From an uncultured Candidatus Binatia bacterium (GTDB lineage: Bacteria > Desulfobacterota > Binatia > UBA9968 > JAJDTQ01): a stretch of DNA of 64,000 bases. How positions within the stretch are numbered: position 1 is the stretch's first letter; every line of letters starts with the position of its first letter. Shown here in pieces: positions 29,025-38,673 of the stretch. The notes below the pieces were generated by a model. That model had not been told where the DNA came from. It made no database searches and saw only the letters and a program-made list of their open reading frames with translations. The position numbers and the translations under genes were made by a program. The stretch lies in contig OZ244070.1 of assembly GCA_965215605.1 (NCBI GenBank), positions 3,872,001-3,936,000 of the forward strand. Direction: 5' to 3'.

Positions 29025-29813
29025 ATGGACCTCTCACGCTTTTCTCTGGAAGGACGCACCACCATCATCACCGGCGGCAGCGGCGGCATCGGCCGCTGCT
29101 GCGCGCTCGCCTTCGCCCAGGCGGGCTCCAACGTCATGATCGCCTCGCTGCCGGCGGAGTCGATACCGCCGGTGGTACAGGAGATCGAAGCCCTGGGCGC
29201 CGGCGCGGCGGGCCTGGCGGCGGACGTGTCCAGCGAAGACCAGGTCAAGGATCTGGTGGCTGCCACCCTGGACCGGTTCGGCCGCATCGACGCGCTCCTG
29301 AACGTCGCCGGCGGCTCCTACAGCCGCAACCCGGAGATGCCGGCGTTCCAGCGCGGGACGCTGCTGGAACTCTCGCCCGAGGACTTCATGGGCGTCTATG
29401 ACGTCAACGTCAAGACCGCTTTCCTGTGCTCCAAGGCGGTGGTGCCGCACATGAAGGAACGCGGCAAGGGCGCCATCGTCAACATCGGCTCCATATCCGG
29501 CCGCTCCACCAAGCACGAGCGGCCCAACATGGCCGCCTACGGGACCGCCAAGGCGGCCGTCATGAACCTGACTTTCCACATGGCCAACCAATGGGGGCCG
29601 GAGGTGCGAGTGAACGCGGTGGCGCCGGGGATCATCGACACGCCGCGGCCGGGAGGAACGAGCCTGGCACGGCTGGAGTCGGAAGGCCTGGAGAACATCG
29701 CGCTGGGACGCCACGGCAAGCCCGACGAGGTGGCCGGCGTCGCGCTGTTCCTGGCGTCCGACGCGGCCTCGTTCGTGAACGGTTCGGTAGTGGACGTGAA
29801 CGGAGGCGAATAG
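29025..29813 (+). CDS. classical SDR oxidoreductase
   Basis: TGGSGGIG, YGTAK, VRVNAVAPG. Confidence 0.92.
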   Translation: MDLSRFSLEGRTTIITGGSGGIGRCCALAFAQAGSNVMIASLPAESIPPVVQEIEALGAGAAGLAADVSSEDQVKDLVAATLDRFGRIDALLNVAGGSYSRNPEMPAFQRGTLLELSPEDFMGVYDVNVKTAFLCSKAVVPHMKERGKGAIVNIGSISGRSTKHERPNMAAYGTAKAAVMNLTFHMANQWGPEVRVNAVAPGIIDTPRPGGTSLARLESEGLENIALGRHGKPDEVAGVALFLASDAASFVNGSVVDVNGGE

Positions 29814-29822
29814 CCCCCCGGA

Positions 29823-32045
29823 TTACGGACTGGCCCGCGTATCCGAGGCCGCCGGCCCCGGACCCTCCGGGTTCCGGGTCACCTCGATGAAGTCCGCGAG
29901 GATGTGGGCGGCCTCGTTCAGGATCGGATCCTCTTGGCCTGACACACCCGGACCTGTCCTCTTCTCGTTGTAGGCCACCAGCTCCGCATAGCTTGCAAAC
30001 GGTTTCCGGCCCTTGGCCACACGGCGGCGATTCTCGCTTCCGAGCTGCCGGAGCTCGTCGCCCCGTTTCCGGGCTCTTCGCGTTTCCTCTTTCAGTGAGA
30101 TGGCGGTCTCGGCCCGTTCCCGCTCGAGACGGTCGATCATGGCCAGGAGGTAGGCGAGGTCCGGGTCCGACTTCGCGCGGACACGGTGTCGCTCCGCCAG
30201 TGTTCCGACAAAGGGGCTGGTCCTGCCGGCGGGAGAATACCGGGTCTTGTCGATGGCGTCCCACGCCAGGGCATGCTCCAGGGAACTCTCGCCGACCTGC
30301 GACTTGTCGATGAGGCCGGGGAGCTCGATGTCGGGTATCACGCCGCGGTTCTGGGTGCCTTCCCCGGAGATCCGGTAGAACTTGGCCTGGGTAAGCTTCA
30401 GACGTCCCCGGCCAACCGGAATGAGCGTCTGCACCGTCCCCTTCCCGAACGTCTGGCCGCCCACCACCAGCCCCCGGCCGTAATCCTGGATGGCCGCGGC
30501 AAAGATCTCGGAGGCGGAGGCGCTGAGGCGGTTCACCAAGACCGCCAGCGGCCCGGTGTAGGCGACCTTTCCGTCCGTATCCGAATGAACGCGGATAAGG
30601 CCCCGGCTGTTCCGGACCTGCACCACCGGACCCTTGTTGATGAACAGGCTCACCAGCGCGATGGCCTCCCGGAGCGCCCCGCCGCCGTTGTCCCGCAAAT
30701 CGATCACCAGTCCGCTGACGCCCGCCTCCTGCAACTCCGCGACCAACCGCTTCACATCGCCGGCCGTGCTCTTGAAGTTGGGGTCTCCGGCCTTGAGGGC
30801 GGCGAAGTCCAGATAGAATCCGGGCACGCGGATGGTCCCGATCTTCCGTGTACGGCCGCCGACCTTTACTTCCCGGATGCTGCGGCTCGCCTTCTGATCG
30901 TCGAGATCCACCTTGTTGCGCACGATGCGGATGAGCTTCCGTTGCTCCGTGGTGCCGATCTGGGAAATGATCTCCAGACGCACGGTGGTCTCTCTGGGAC
31001 CGCGAATCAGTGCAACCACGTCCCGCAGACGCATGCCGAGGACGTCCACGATCTCCCCCTGCTCGCCCTGTCCGACGCCGACGATGCGATCCCCCGGCTG
31101 CAGGTCGCCGGCCTTGTCCGCGGGTCCGCCGGCAACCAGCCGCACCACCTTGACGATCTCGCCGTCCGCCTGCAGCACGGCGCCGATCCCCTCCAGCGAC
31201 AAGCTCATGTGAATATTGAAATTTTCGCTTTGATGAGGCGGAAAATACACGGAATGCGGATCAATGGCGCGGAGGAAGGCATTCATGTACACGCGGAACG
31301 CATCGGTGCTGTTGACTTGACCGAGGCGGACGAGCTGGTTGCCGTAACGCCGTCGAAGGGCGGTCTGGACCTCTTCCCGTTCGGTCCCGGCCAGCAGGCG
31401 GCTCAACACGTCGTTCTTGACCTGCCGGCGCCAACGGGTCTTCAACTCGGCCTCCGACGCGACCCAGGAATCGCGCTTCTGCGCAAGCGTCTCGTCCTTG
31501 CGGAAATCCAGGGCGTCGAACTCGTGATCGATGAGGCCGGCGATGAACCGGAGGCGCTCCGCCAACCGTTGCCGGTAGCGGTTGAACATCCCGAAGGCGG
31601 GGCCCAAGTCTCCCGCCTTGAGCAGATCGTCGAACCGGGACCTGTAGGCTTCGAACTCCCGGATGTCCGAGGACCGGAAGTAGCTTCGCGACGGGTCCAT
31701 GGCCCTCAGGTAGGAATCGAAGATCCTGCCGGAAACCTGATCGTTCAGGATGATGGAGTTGTAGTGTCCACGGGACAGGCGGCGGAGAATCTCCTTGCCG
31801 AGAGCGGACTGTTGGGCGTCGGGCGAGAGATCGGCCAGCACCGGCGGCGGCGCCGTTTCGGCCCACGTCAGGCTCGCGAGGAACCAGAACGCAATCACGC
31901 ACCAGCAACCGGCGCGCGGGCGCCAACGACGCGGCGGCCTTCGGACGGGCAGTACAGAATTCACAGGGTTCAGTCTAGACCAACGCCGGTTCTCCATCAA
32001 GGATGCAGCGACCTCTCGGCGGCCCCCTGCTCCATGTTGCGTCAC
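29823..32045 (-). CDS. prc: carboxy-terminal processing protease (Prc/Tsp, S41A)
   Basis: DPHS, PDZ GIGA, DLRDNGGG, SASASE, TFGKGTVQ; start uncertain (may be 31997 or later). Confidence 0.92.
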   Translation of the reverse strand: MTQHGAGGRREVAASLMENRRWSRLNPVNSVLPVRRPPRRWRPRAGCWCVIAFWFLASLTWAETAPPPVLADLSPDAQQSALGKEILRRLSRGHYNSIILNDQVSGRIFDSYLRAMDPSRSYFRSSDIREFEAYRSRFDDLLKAGDLGPAFGMFNRYRQRLAERLRFIAGLIDHEFDALDFRKDETLAQKRDSWVASEAELKTRWRRQVKNDVLSRLLAGTEREEVQTALRRRYGNQLVRLGQVNSTDAFRVYMNAFLRAIDPHSVYFPPHQSENFNIHMSLSLEGIGAVLQADGEIVKVVRLVAGGPADKAGDLQPGDRIVGVGQGEQGEIVDVLGMRLRDVVALIRGPRETTVRLEIISQIGTTEQRKLIRIVRNKVDLDDQKASRSIREVKVGGRTRKIGTIRVPGFYLDFAALKAGDPNFKSTAGDVKRLVAELQEAGVSGLVIDLRDNGGGALREAIALVSLFINKGPVVQVRNSRGLIRVHSDTDGKVAYTGPLAVLVNRLSASASEIFAAAIQDYGRGLVVGGQTFGKGTVQTLIPVGRGRLKLTQAKFYRISGEGTQNRGVIPDIELPGLIDKSQVGESSLEHALAWDAIDKTRYSPAGRTSPFVGTLAERHRVRAKSDPDLAYLLAMIDRLERERAETAISLKEETRRARKRGDELRQLGSENRRRVAKGRKPFASYAELVAYNEKRTGPGVSGQEDPILNEAAHILADFIEVTRNPEGPGPAASDTRASP

Positions 32046-32107
32046 CCGGTCTTTCGCGGTAGCCTTTGAAAAGCACCGTATCGCCCGTCCTCCGAAGGAA
32101 CGGAATC

Positions 32108-33256
32108 GTGAAACTGCCTCGCAATCCCACTCGCTCCGTGCGCATCGGCACCACCGTCATCGGCGGGGACCACCCCATCGCGGTGCAAAGCATGTGCGCC
32201 ACCCATACCCAGGACGTCGAGGCGACCGTGGCGCAGGTCAACGACCTGGCCCGGGCCGGCGCCGACGTGGTCCGCATCGCGGTCGACAGCAGGAAGGACG
32301 CGGCGGCGCTGGCGGCCATCCGCGACGCCACCGAAGCCAACCTCTCGGTGGACCTCCAGGAGAACTACCGGCTCGCCAGCGCGGTGGCGCCGCACGTGGA
32401 CAAGATCCGCTACAACCCCGGCCACCTCTATCACCACGAGCGCCAGAAGGCCTGGCAGGACAAGGTCCGGTTCCTGGCGGAGGTGGCGGCGGCCAACGAC
32501 TGCGCCATGCGCGTGGGAGTGAACTGCGGCTCGGTGGACCCCGCCCAGCAGGAGAAGTTTCCCGAAGACGACTCCATCTCGCCCATGCTGACCAGCGCGT
32601 GGGAGCACTGCGAGTTGTTGGACAGCCTGGGTTTCACCCGCTACTGCGTCTCGCTCAAGGACTCGGATCCGGCCAAGGTCATCGAGGTCAACAAGCGCTT
32701 CGCGGACCGGCGCCCGGACGTGCCGCTCCACCTCGGCGTCACCGAGGCGGGGTTGCCGCCGGATGGGGTGATCAAGACGCGCATCGCCTTCGAGCAGCTC
32801 ATCAGCCGGGGCATCGGCGACACCATCCGGGTGTCCCTGACCGTCCCCAACCCGCGAAAGCCGGAGGAGATCGCCGCCGGACGCGAGATCTTGGCGGACA
32901 TCGCCGAAGGCCGCGTGCGCAGTGTCGTCGACTACGGCCGGGACAGCCTCAACATCATCAGTTGTCCGAGCTGCTCGCGGGTGGAGAACGAGAACTTCGT
33001 GGAGTTGGCGCAGCAGGTCAAGGAGATGACCGCCTACGCCGCCGACCATGCCGTCACCATCGCGGTCATGGGCTGCCGCGTCAACGGCCCCGGCGAAACC
33101 GACGACGCCGACCTCGGACTGTGGTGCGGCCCCAGGTTCGTCAACCTCAAGCGCGGCAGCGAGCCGCTGGGGGCGTTCCCCTACGACGAGATCCTCCCGC
33201 GTCTCAGGGAAGAGCTCGACACCATCATCGCCGGGCGGGCGGACGCCTCCGGATGA
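32108..33256 (+). CDS. ispG: 4-hydroxy-3-methylbut-2-en-1-yl diphosphate synthase
   Basis: [44 protein letters not shown]; GTG start at 32108. Confidence 0.95.
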   Translation: MKLPRNPTRSVRIGTTVIGGDHPIAVQSMCATHTQDVEATVAQVNDLARAGADVVRIAVDSRKDAAALAAIRDATEANLSVDLQENYRLASAVAPHVDKIRYNPGHLYHHERQKAWQDKVRFLAEVAAANDCAMRVGVNCGSVDPAQQEKFPEDDSISPMLTSAWEHCELLDSLGFTRYCVSLKDSDPAKVIEVNKRFADRRPDVPLHLGVTEAGLPPDGVIKTRIAFEQLISRGIGDTIRVSLTVPNPRKPEEIAAGREILADIAEGRVRSVVDYGRDSLNIISCPSCSRVENENFVELAQQVKEMTAYAADHAVTIAVMGCRVNGPGETDDADLGLWCGPRFVNLKRGSEPLGAFPYDEILPRLREELDTIIAGRADASG

Positions 33257-33287
33257 CGCCCTCGCGGCGCGCGACTCCCTTCACCCC

Positions 33288-34451
33288 ATGAGTTTCTGGA
33301 ACCGCATCGACAGACCCATCATCGGCCTCTCGCCCATGGACGGGGTCACGGACGCCTCTTTCCGGCTGGTGGCGGCCCGGCACGGACGGCCGGACCTGTG
33401 CATGACCGAGTTCACCAGCGTGGAGGCCGTCTGCCACGGCGCGAACGGGTGGGTGCGGGACTTTTCCTACGGCGAGTGCGAGCGCCCCGTGCTGGCGCAA
33501 ATCTACGGCCGCACCCCGCAGGCCTTCTATCAGGTGGCGCACATCGTCGGCGAGCTCGGATTCGACGGCCTGGACATCAACATGGGATGCCCGGCCAAGA
33601 ACGTCGCCAACAAGGGATGCGGCGCCGGGCTCATCCTCGATCCCGAGCTGGCGGTGGCCATCATCCGCGCCGCGCGCCAGGGGCTGGAGGATTGGGCTGA
33701 GGGGCAGCGCCTGGAAGACGCCGGGCTTGCGCCCGAAGTGCTGGAGCAGGTCCGCCGGCTGAACCGCGGACGCATGCGGCCGGTCCACCGGCCGTTGCTC
33801 CCGCTCTCGGTCAAGACCCGTGTGGGATACGACAAGGTGGCGGTGGACGAATGGATTCCCGTCCTGTTGGGCGAGGAACCGGCGGCCATCTCGCTGCACG
33901 GGCGGACCTTGAAGCAGATGTACAAGGGGTTCGCGGACTGGGACGCCATCCATCGGGCAGTGGAGTTGGCCTGGGGCCTGCCGACGCTGGTCCTGGGGAA
34001 CGGGGACATCAAATCCATGTCGGACGCGGTGGAGCGGGTCCGGCAGACCGGCGTCGACGGCGTGCTGCTGGGGCGCGGCGCCATGGGCAACCCCTGGGTC
34101 TTCCGTGACAAGCAATGGGCCAAGGATACGCTGGCGGGAATCACGCGTCCGGCCCGCGCCGGGCTCGACGTAACCCGGGAAGAACGGACGAGGGTGTTGC
34201 TGGAGCACAGCCGCCACTTCGAAGGCCTTTGGGGCGAACGGCGCTTTCCCGCCATGCGCAAGCATCTGGCCTGGTACTGCAAGGGATTCCACGGCGCGGC
34301 GCAGTGGCGGGCGCAACTGGTCCGGGCCCGGAACGCCGAGGAAGTCGAGCGCATCGTGGCAGCCGGAGACACCGGGGCGCCGCGCGCGGACACGAGGTTC
34401 CCATCACCCGATCATGACAACGCCGCCCTGGCCGGCTCCGGACCGGGCTGA
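33288..34451 (+). CDS. tRNA-dihydrouridine synthase (Dus family)
   Basis: LSPMDGVTD, DINMGCP, SVKTRVG, LHGRT, GNGDI, GRGAMGNPW. Confidence 0.93.
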   Translation: MSFWNRIDRPIIGLSPMDGVTDASFRLVAARHGRPDLCMTEFTSVEAVCHGANGWVRDFSYGECERPVLAQIYGRTPQAFYQVAHIVGELGFDGLDINMGCPAKNVANKGCGAGLILDPELAVAIIRAARQGLEDWAEGQRLEDAGLAPEVLEQVRRLNRGRMRPVHRPLLPLSVKTRVGYDKVAVDEWIPVLLGEEPAAISLHGRTLKQMYKGFADWDAIHRAVELAWGLPTLVLGNGDIKSMSDAVERVRQTGVDGVLLGRGAMGNPWVFRDKQWAKDTLAGITRPARAGLDVTREERTRVLLEHSRHFEGLWGERRFPAMRKHLAWYCKGFHGAAQWRAQLVRARNAEEVERIVAAGDTGAPRADTRFPSPDHDNAALAGSGPG

Positions 34452-34458
34452 CCCCTGC

Positions 34459-35139
34459 ATGCGTATCATTCTGGCGTCGACCTCGCCCCGCCGGCGGGAT
34501 ATTCTGGCCTTGCTCGGCCTCCCCTTCGAAGTCCGCCACCCCGATTTCCTGGAAACCACCCGGGAAGACCTCACTCCCGAGGCCGAAGCGCTGGAACTGG
34601 CGCTGGGCAAGGCCCGCTCGGTGGCCTCCGGAGTAGCGGACGCGCTGGTGGTGGGAGGCGACACCCTGATCGCGTTGGGCGACGAGAAGATCGGCAAGCC
34701 CAGGGATACGCACGACGCCGAGTCCATCCTCCGCAGGCTCTCCGGGCGCCAGCATCGCATCCTCACCGGCGTGGCCCTTATCGACTCCGCCACGGGCCGG
34801 GAGTCCACCCGCCTGGAACGGGTGGAGATCCGCATGCGCGCCTCCACCGACGCGGAGATCGCCGGCTACGTGTCCGCCGGCGAATCCATGGACAAGGCGG
34901 GCGCCTATTCCATCCAGGGCCGCGGCCACCGGCTGATCGAGCGCCTCCGCGGCGACTATCTCGCCGCCGTGGGCCTGCCGTTGCGGCCCATCGGGGAGTA
35001 CCTGCAAGACGCCGGCGTTGAAGTGCCGGAGGATGTCGCACGGCTCTACCGCGACAAGTCTCTGTGGACCTGGAGCCGGGTCCCCATCGCCCCGGACGAA
35101 GCCGTCAACTCAACCGCAACAGCACCATCCCGGCCATGA
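34459..35139 (+). CDS. maf: Maf family nucleotide pyrophosphatase
   Basis: ILASTSPRR, GDT, GKP, DKAGAYSIQG, VGLP. Confidence 0.93.
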   Translation: MRIILASTSPRRRDILALLGLPFEVRHPDFLETTREDLTPEAEALELALGKARSVASGVADALVVGGDTLIALGDEKIGKPRDTHDAESILRRLSGRQHRILTGVALIDSATGRESTRLERVEIRMRASTDAEIAGYVSAGESMDKAGAYSIQGRGHRLIERLRGDYLAAVGLPLRPIGEYLQDAGVEVPEDVARLYRDKSLWTWSRVPIAPDEAVNSTATAPSRP

Positions 35140-35968
35140 TGGTCAGGCTCCCGGGCAGGATCTCCCGCACCCGGGCGCGCTCGTTGAACACCAGCCAGCC
35201 CGCGGCCAGCGCGAAAAGGATCTCGGTCTGCTTCGCCGCCTCCACGTAGGAAGTGAGGGTCAGCTCGTAGGCCAGGCTGTGGCAGATGCTGGTGAGGGCG
35301 GCGCACAGTCCCATGGCCATGAACGCGCCGCCGTGGCGCGGGATGGCGCGGAAGTGGGCGGCGGAGCGGCGCACGGCCAGGGGCAGGACCATGAGGGAGG
35401 CCGCCAGGTAGCCCGCCAGGTTGGCGAAGTAGACGTCGGAATGGAGAATCAGCAGCTTGATCAGCACCACCGACGGCGCGTAGAAGAACGCCGCCGCGAG
35501 AGTGTAGCGAAGACCCCGGTCCACCAGCAGCTCGCGCAAGGGCGCCCAGACCGAGATGCGGCTCTTGTGGACGTTGAGCAGATAGACGCCGATGACGCTC
35601 AGCAGCACGCCCGCCAGCCCCGCCGCCGACGGGGTCTCGTCCAGCGTCACATAGGCGATCAGCACCAGGAAGAGGAGGCTGAGCTTCCACAGCGAGGTGA
35701 CGATGGCGATACCCGACAGCTTGAGGGCCTTGGAGAGGCTCAGGGTGGCGATGGACTGGGTCACGCCGAAGCCGACGACATAGAGCCAGAAGCCGTCCTT
35801 CAACTCGGGCATGCCGTGCCAGGCCGAGGCCAGGGCCACGAACGGCAACAGGAACGTGAACCGCCCCCAGACGTTGATGATGTCGTCCAGCTCGTGCCCC
35901 AAGTGCTTCATGGAAATGTTCCGCAGCACCTGGAACAAGGCGGAGAGAAGCGACAGTACGAACCACAT
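35105..35968 (-). CDS. EamA/DMT family transporter
   Basis: About 10 TM in two repeats; 287 aa. Confidence 0.85.
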   Translation of the reverse strand: MWFVLSLLSALFQVLRNISMKHLGHELDDIINVWGRFTFLLPFVALASAWHGMPELKDGFWLYVVGFGVTQSIATLSLSKALKLSGIAIVTSLWKLSLLFLVLIAYVTLDETPSAAGLAGVLLSVIGVYLLNVHKSRISVWAPLRELLVDRGLRYTLAAAFFYAPSVVLIKLLILHSDVYFANLAGYLAASLMVLPLAVRRSAAHFRAIPRHGGAFMAMGLCAALTSICHSLAYELTLTSYVEAAKQTEILFALAAGWLVFNERARVREILPGSLTIMAGMVLLRLS

Positions 35969-36090
35969 GAGCAGGACAAGCTAACGGCTGCGAGGCGTGA
36001 ATGCGAATGCGGCGGGGAACGCGGAACAGTTGACACTACGGAGCACGAAGGGCTATCACGTCTTCATTACACTCGAAAGGGAGAATCTCG

Positions 36091-36795
36091 ATGGTTGACA
36101 AATTCGAAGATCATTGCTGGCAGGACATCATCAGCGACGAGATCATGGACATCTACAAGCCCTACCGGAGGGACATCTACGTCGGCGAGCGGCCGGCACT
36201 GCTGGCCATCGACCTCTACAACCTGGCCTACCGGGGCGGTTCCCTGCCGGTGCACGAGGTGGTCAAGGAGTACAAGAGCTCCTGCGGCGTAAACGCCTAC
36301 GAGGCCATCGAGCCCACCAAGGAGCTCTTCGCCCTGGCCCGTGCCCAAGGACTGCCGATCTTCTACACCACCACCGAGACGCGGAAAGAGGTGCAGCCCG
36401 CCGCGGTGCATGCCACCAACCGTCAGATAACCGGGATTGACCCGGACGACTTCGAGATATACAAGGACTTCGCGCCGGAGCCCGAGGACATCATCATCTA
36501 CAAGGAACGGGCCAGCGGCTTCTACGGCACCCCGCTCATCGCCCACCTGACTCGGCTCGGCATCAGCTCCCTGATCGTGTGCGGCGAGAGCACCAGCGGC
36601 TGCGTCCGCGCCAGCGTGGTGGACGCCTATTCCAACGGCTACCACGTCTCCGTCGTCGAGGAATGCGTCTTCGACCGCAGCATCACCTCCCACAAGGTGA
36701 ACCTGTTCGACCTGCACCACAAATACGCCGACGTCATGAAGCTGGCGGAGGTGAAGCAGCACTTCAACGAGCAGCCGCTCAAGAAGGCGGTATAG
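36091..36795 (+). CDS. isochorismatase-family cysteine hydrolase (NicF/CSHase-like)
   Basis: LLAIDL, YKERASGF, GESTSGCVRASVVDA (D-K-C triad). Confidence 0.9.
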   Translation: MVDKFEDHCWQDIISDEIMDIYKPYRRDIYVGERPALLAIDLYNLAYRGGSLPVHEVVKEYKSSCGVNAYEAIEPTKELFALARAQGLPIFYTTTETRKEVQPAAVHATNRQITGIDPDDFEIYKDFAPEPEDIIIYKERASGFYGTPLIAHLTRLGISSLIVCGESTSGCVRASVVDAYSNGYHVSVVEECVFDRSITSHKVNLFDLHHKYADVMKLAEVKQHFNEQPLKKAV

Positions 36796-36822
36796 GCGAC
36801 CGTCTCATCGCCGGCAGATGGC

Positions 36823-36860
36823 AAAGGGGGCGCGGGATGATCATCCCGCGCCCCCTTTTT
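36823..36860. terminator. intrinsic terminator between convergent genes
   Basis: Perfect 36-bp palindrome AAAGGGGGCGCGGGATGA/TCATCCCGCGCCCCCTTT with a T-tract. Confidence 0.8.
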
Positions 36861-36879
36861 GTCGGTCCCGCTTCCTCCC

Positions 36880-36906
36880 GTTATTCCCGCGAAAGCGGGA
36901 ATCCAG
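36880..36906. repeat. dRS3-like palindromic repeat (ATTCCC-N8-GGGAAT)
   Basis: GTTATTCCCGCGAAAGCGGGAATCCAG. Confidence 0.65.
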
Positions 36907-36922
36907 GGGCGGCGGGGTACGT

Positions 36923-38626
36923 CTATTGCATCGCCACCGGATCGCCCCAGGTCAACAGACGCCGGGCCGCGAAGGCGATCACGAGGGACACGGCGAGGAG
37001 CATGATCGAGAGGGCGTAGGCCTCTCCCACCTGCCCTTCCTGCCACGCGAACCAGATCATGGTGCTCACCACGCGGTTGCCGGGGGTCGCCAGGAGCACC
37101 GCCGACGAGAGTTCCCGCAGGCTGTGAAGGGCCACCCACAGCCACAGGCTCACCAAGGCCGGCAACACGATGGGCACCACGACCTTGCGCAGGGTGACGA
37201 CCAGGGAGGCGCCGCAGGTGTAGGAGGCCTCCTCCAGCTCCTTGTGCACCTGCACCTGGGCGGAGATCACCGCGCGCGAGCCGTAGGATATGTAGCGCGT
37301 GACGTGGGCGATGACGATGACCCAGATGGTCCCGTAGATGCCCACGGGTATCGAAAGGTACACCAGGATCAGCGCGAAGCCGATGATCACCGACGGGATG
37401 GCAATGGGCGCGAAGGTCAGCAGGTTCAGAATCTTTCCGGTCCTGCCGCCGGACCGCACGATGATCCAGCCCGACACCACGGCCAGCAGCGTCGTGGCGG
37501 TGGACGCGGCCACCACCAGCAGCGCCGTGTTCTTGAAGGCTCCAAGCGCGCCGTAGCCCGTCACCGCGTTGTAGTAGTGCTTGGTCGTCAACTGCGGGAG
37601 GAGGTCCCACGCGGGCGGCTGGTAGAAGGTCAGGAGGCTGCCCCACGCCAGCACCACCAGCGGGAACACGATGGCCAGGCACATGTAGAGGAAAAAGAAG
37701 CCGGAGCCGGCCCACTTGGCCCGGCCCAGGTCGATGACCGCGGGGCGGTAGCCGCGGCCGGTGACCGTGGTGTATTTCTCGCCCGCGCCGAGGACCTTCA
37801 GGTAGAGGTAGACGAGCACGCCGCTCAGCACCAGCACGCTCATGGCCAGGGCGCTGGCCGTGCCGTACTCCGGCAGTTCCCCCATGGGCGGATGGATGGC
37901 CCAGAAGATCTTGGTGCTGAACACCAGGATCCCCGCCTGCATGCCGATGACGCCGGGTATCTCGAAGGCTTCGATGGAGATGATGAAGAACCAGATGAGG
38001 GCCGCGAAAAAAGCCGGATAGGTGAGCGGAAAGGTGACCCTGAGGAGCGTCATGAAGCGGCTGGCCCCGGCGATCATGCTGGCCTCCTCGTAGGCCGGAT
38101 CCATGTTGCGCAGCACCGGCACCAGCATGAGAAACACCGTGGGCACCATGGAGAGGCCCATGACGAAGGACATGCCGTAGAGGGTGAAGACGTTGAGGGG
38201 CCCTTCCCCCTCCAGCCCCAGCAACGCCCGCAGGATCAGGTTGATGACGCCGATGCGCGGGTCCAGGAGCCGCTCCCATCCCAGCGCGGCGATCATGGGC
38301 GGCAGCGCCATGGGAATGAGGATCAGCCCGTACATGAGATGGCGCCCGGGCGCGTTGGTCCGCTCCACGAGCCACGCCAGCGGAACCGCGAAGGCGAACC
38401 CCGTCAGGATGGCGCCGGCCCCGAACAGCAGCGTGTTGAGTATGAGCTCGTAGGTGCCCGGGTCGACGTAGATCTCGAGGTAGTGATAGAGGGAAAGCCC
38501 GCTGATCTCCGCCAGCGGCTCGCGCTGGAAAGAGAAGAAGATCACCAGGAACAGCGGCACCACCACGAGCCAAGCCACCGCTCCCAGGGTAAGCCAGCTG
38601 AAGACGTCCCGTTCGCTTACCCGCAT
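36923..38626 (-). CDS. ABC transporter permease, FbpB/ThiP type (two BPD domains)
   Basis: Two EAA loops: DPAYEEASMIAGAS and ELEEASYTCGAS; start at 38626. Confidence 0.9.
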   Translation of the reverse strand: MRVSERDVFSWLTLGAVAWLVVVPLFLVIFFSFQREPLAEISGLSLYHYLEIYVDPGTYELILNTLLFGAGAILTGFAFAVPLAWLVERTNAPGRHLMYGLILIPMALPPMIAALGWERLLDPRIGVINLILRALLGLEGEGPLNVFTLYGMSFVMGLSMVPTVFLMLVPVLRNMDPAYEEASMIAGASRFMTLLRVTFPLTYPAFFAALIWFFIISIEAFEIPGVIGMQAGILVFSTKIFWAIHPPMGELPEYGTASALAMSVLVLSGVLVYLYLKVLGAGEKYTTVTGRGYRPAVIDLGRAKWAGSGFFFLYMCLAIVFPLVVLAWGSLLTFYQPPAWDLLPQLTTKHYYNAVTGYGALGAFKNTALLVVAASTATTLLAVVSGWIIVRSGGRTGKILNLLTFAPIAIPSVIIGFALILVYLSIPVGIYGTIWVIVIAHVTRYISYGSRAVISAQVQVHKELEEASYTCGASLVVTLRKVVVPIVLPALVSLWLWVALHSLRELSSAVLLATPGNRVVSTMIWFAWQEGQVGEAYALSIMLLAVSLVIAFAARRLLTWGDPVAMQ

Positions 38627-38673
38627 GTGCCAACCATGAAAGCCCGGGGCCGGACGTACCGGCCTCCAGTCAC

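Noticed and set aside
35105-35139. 35-nt convergent overlap of maf and EamA
   Set aside because: A common tail-to-tail overlap with no sign of special function
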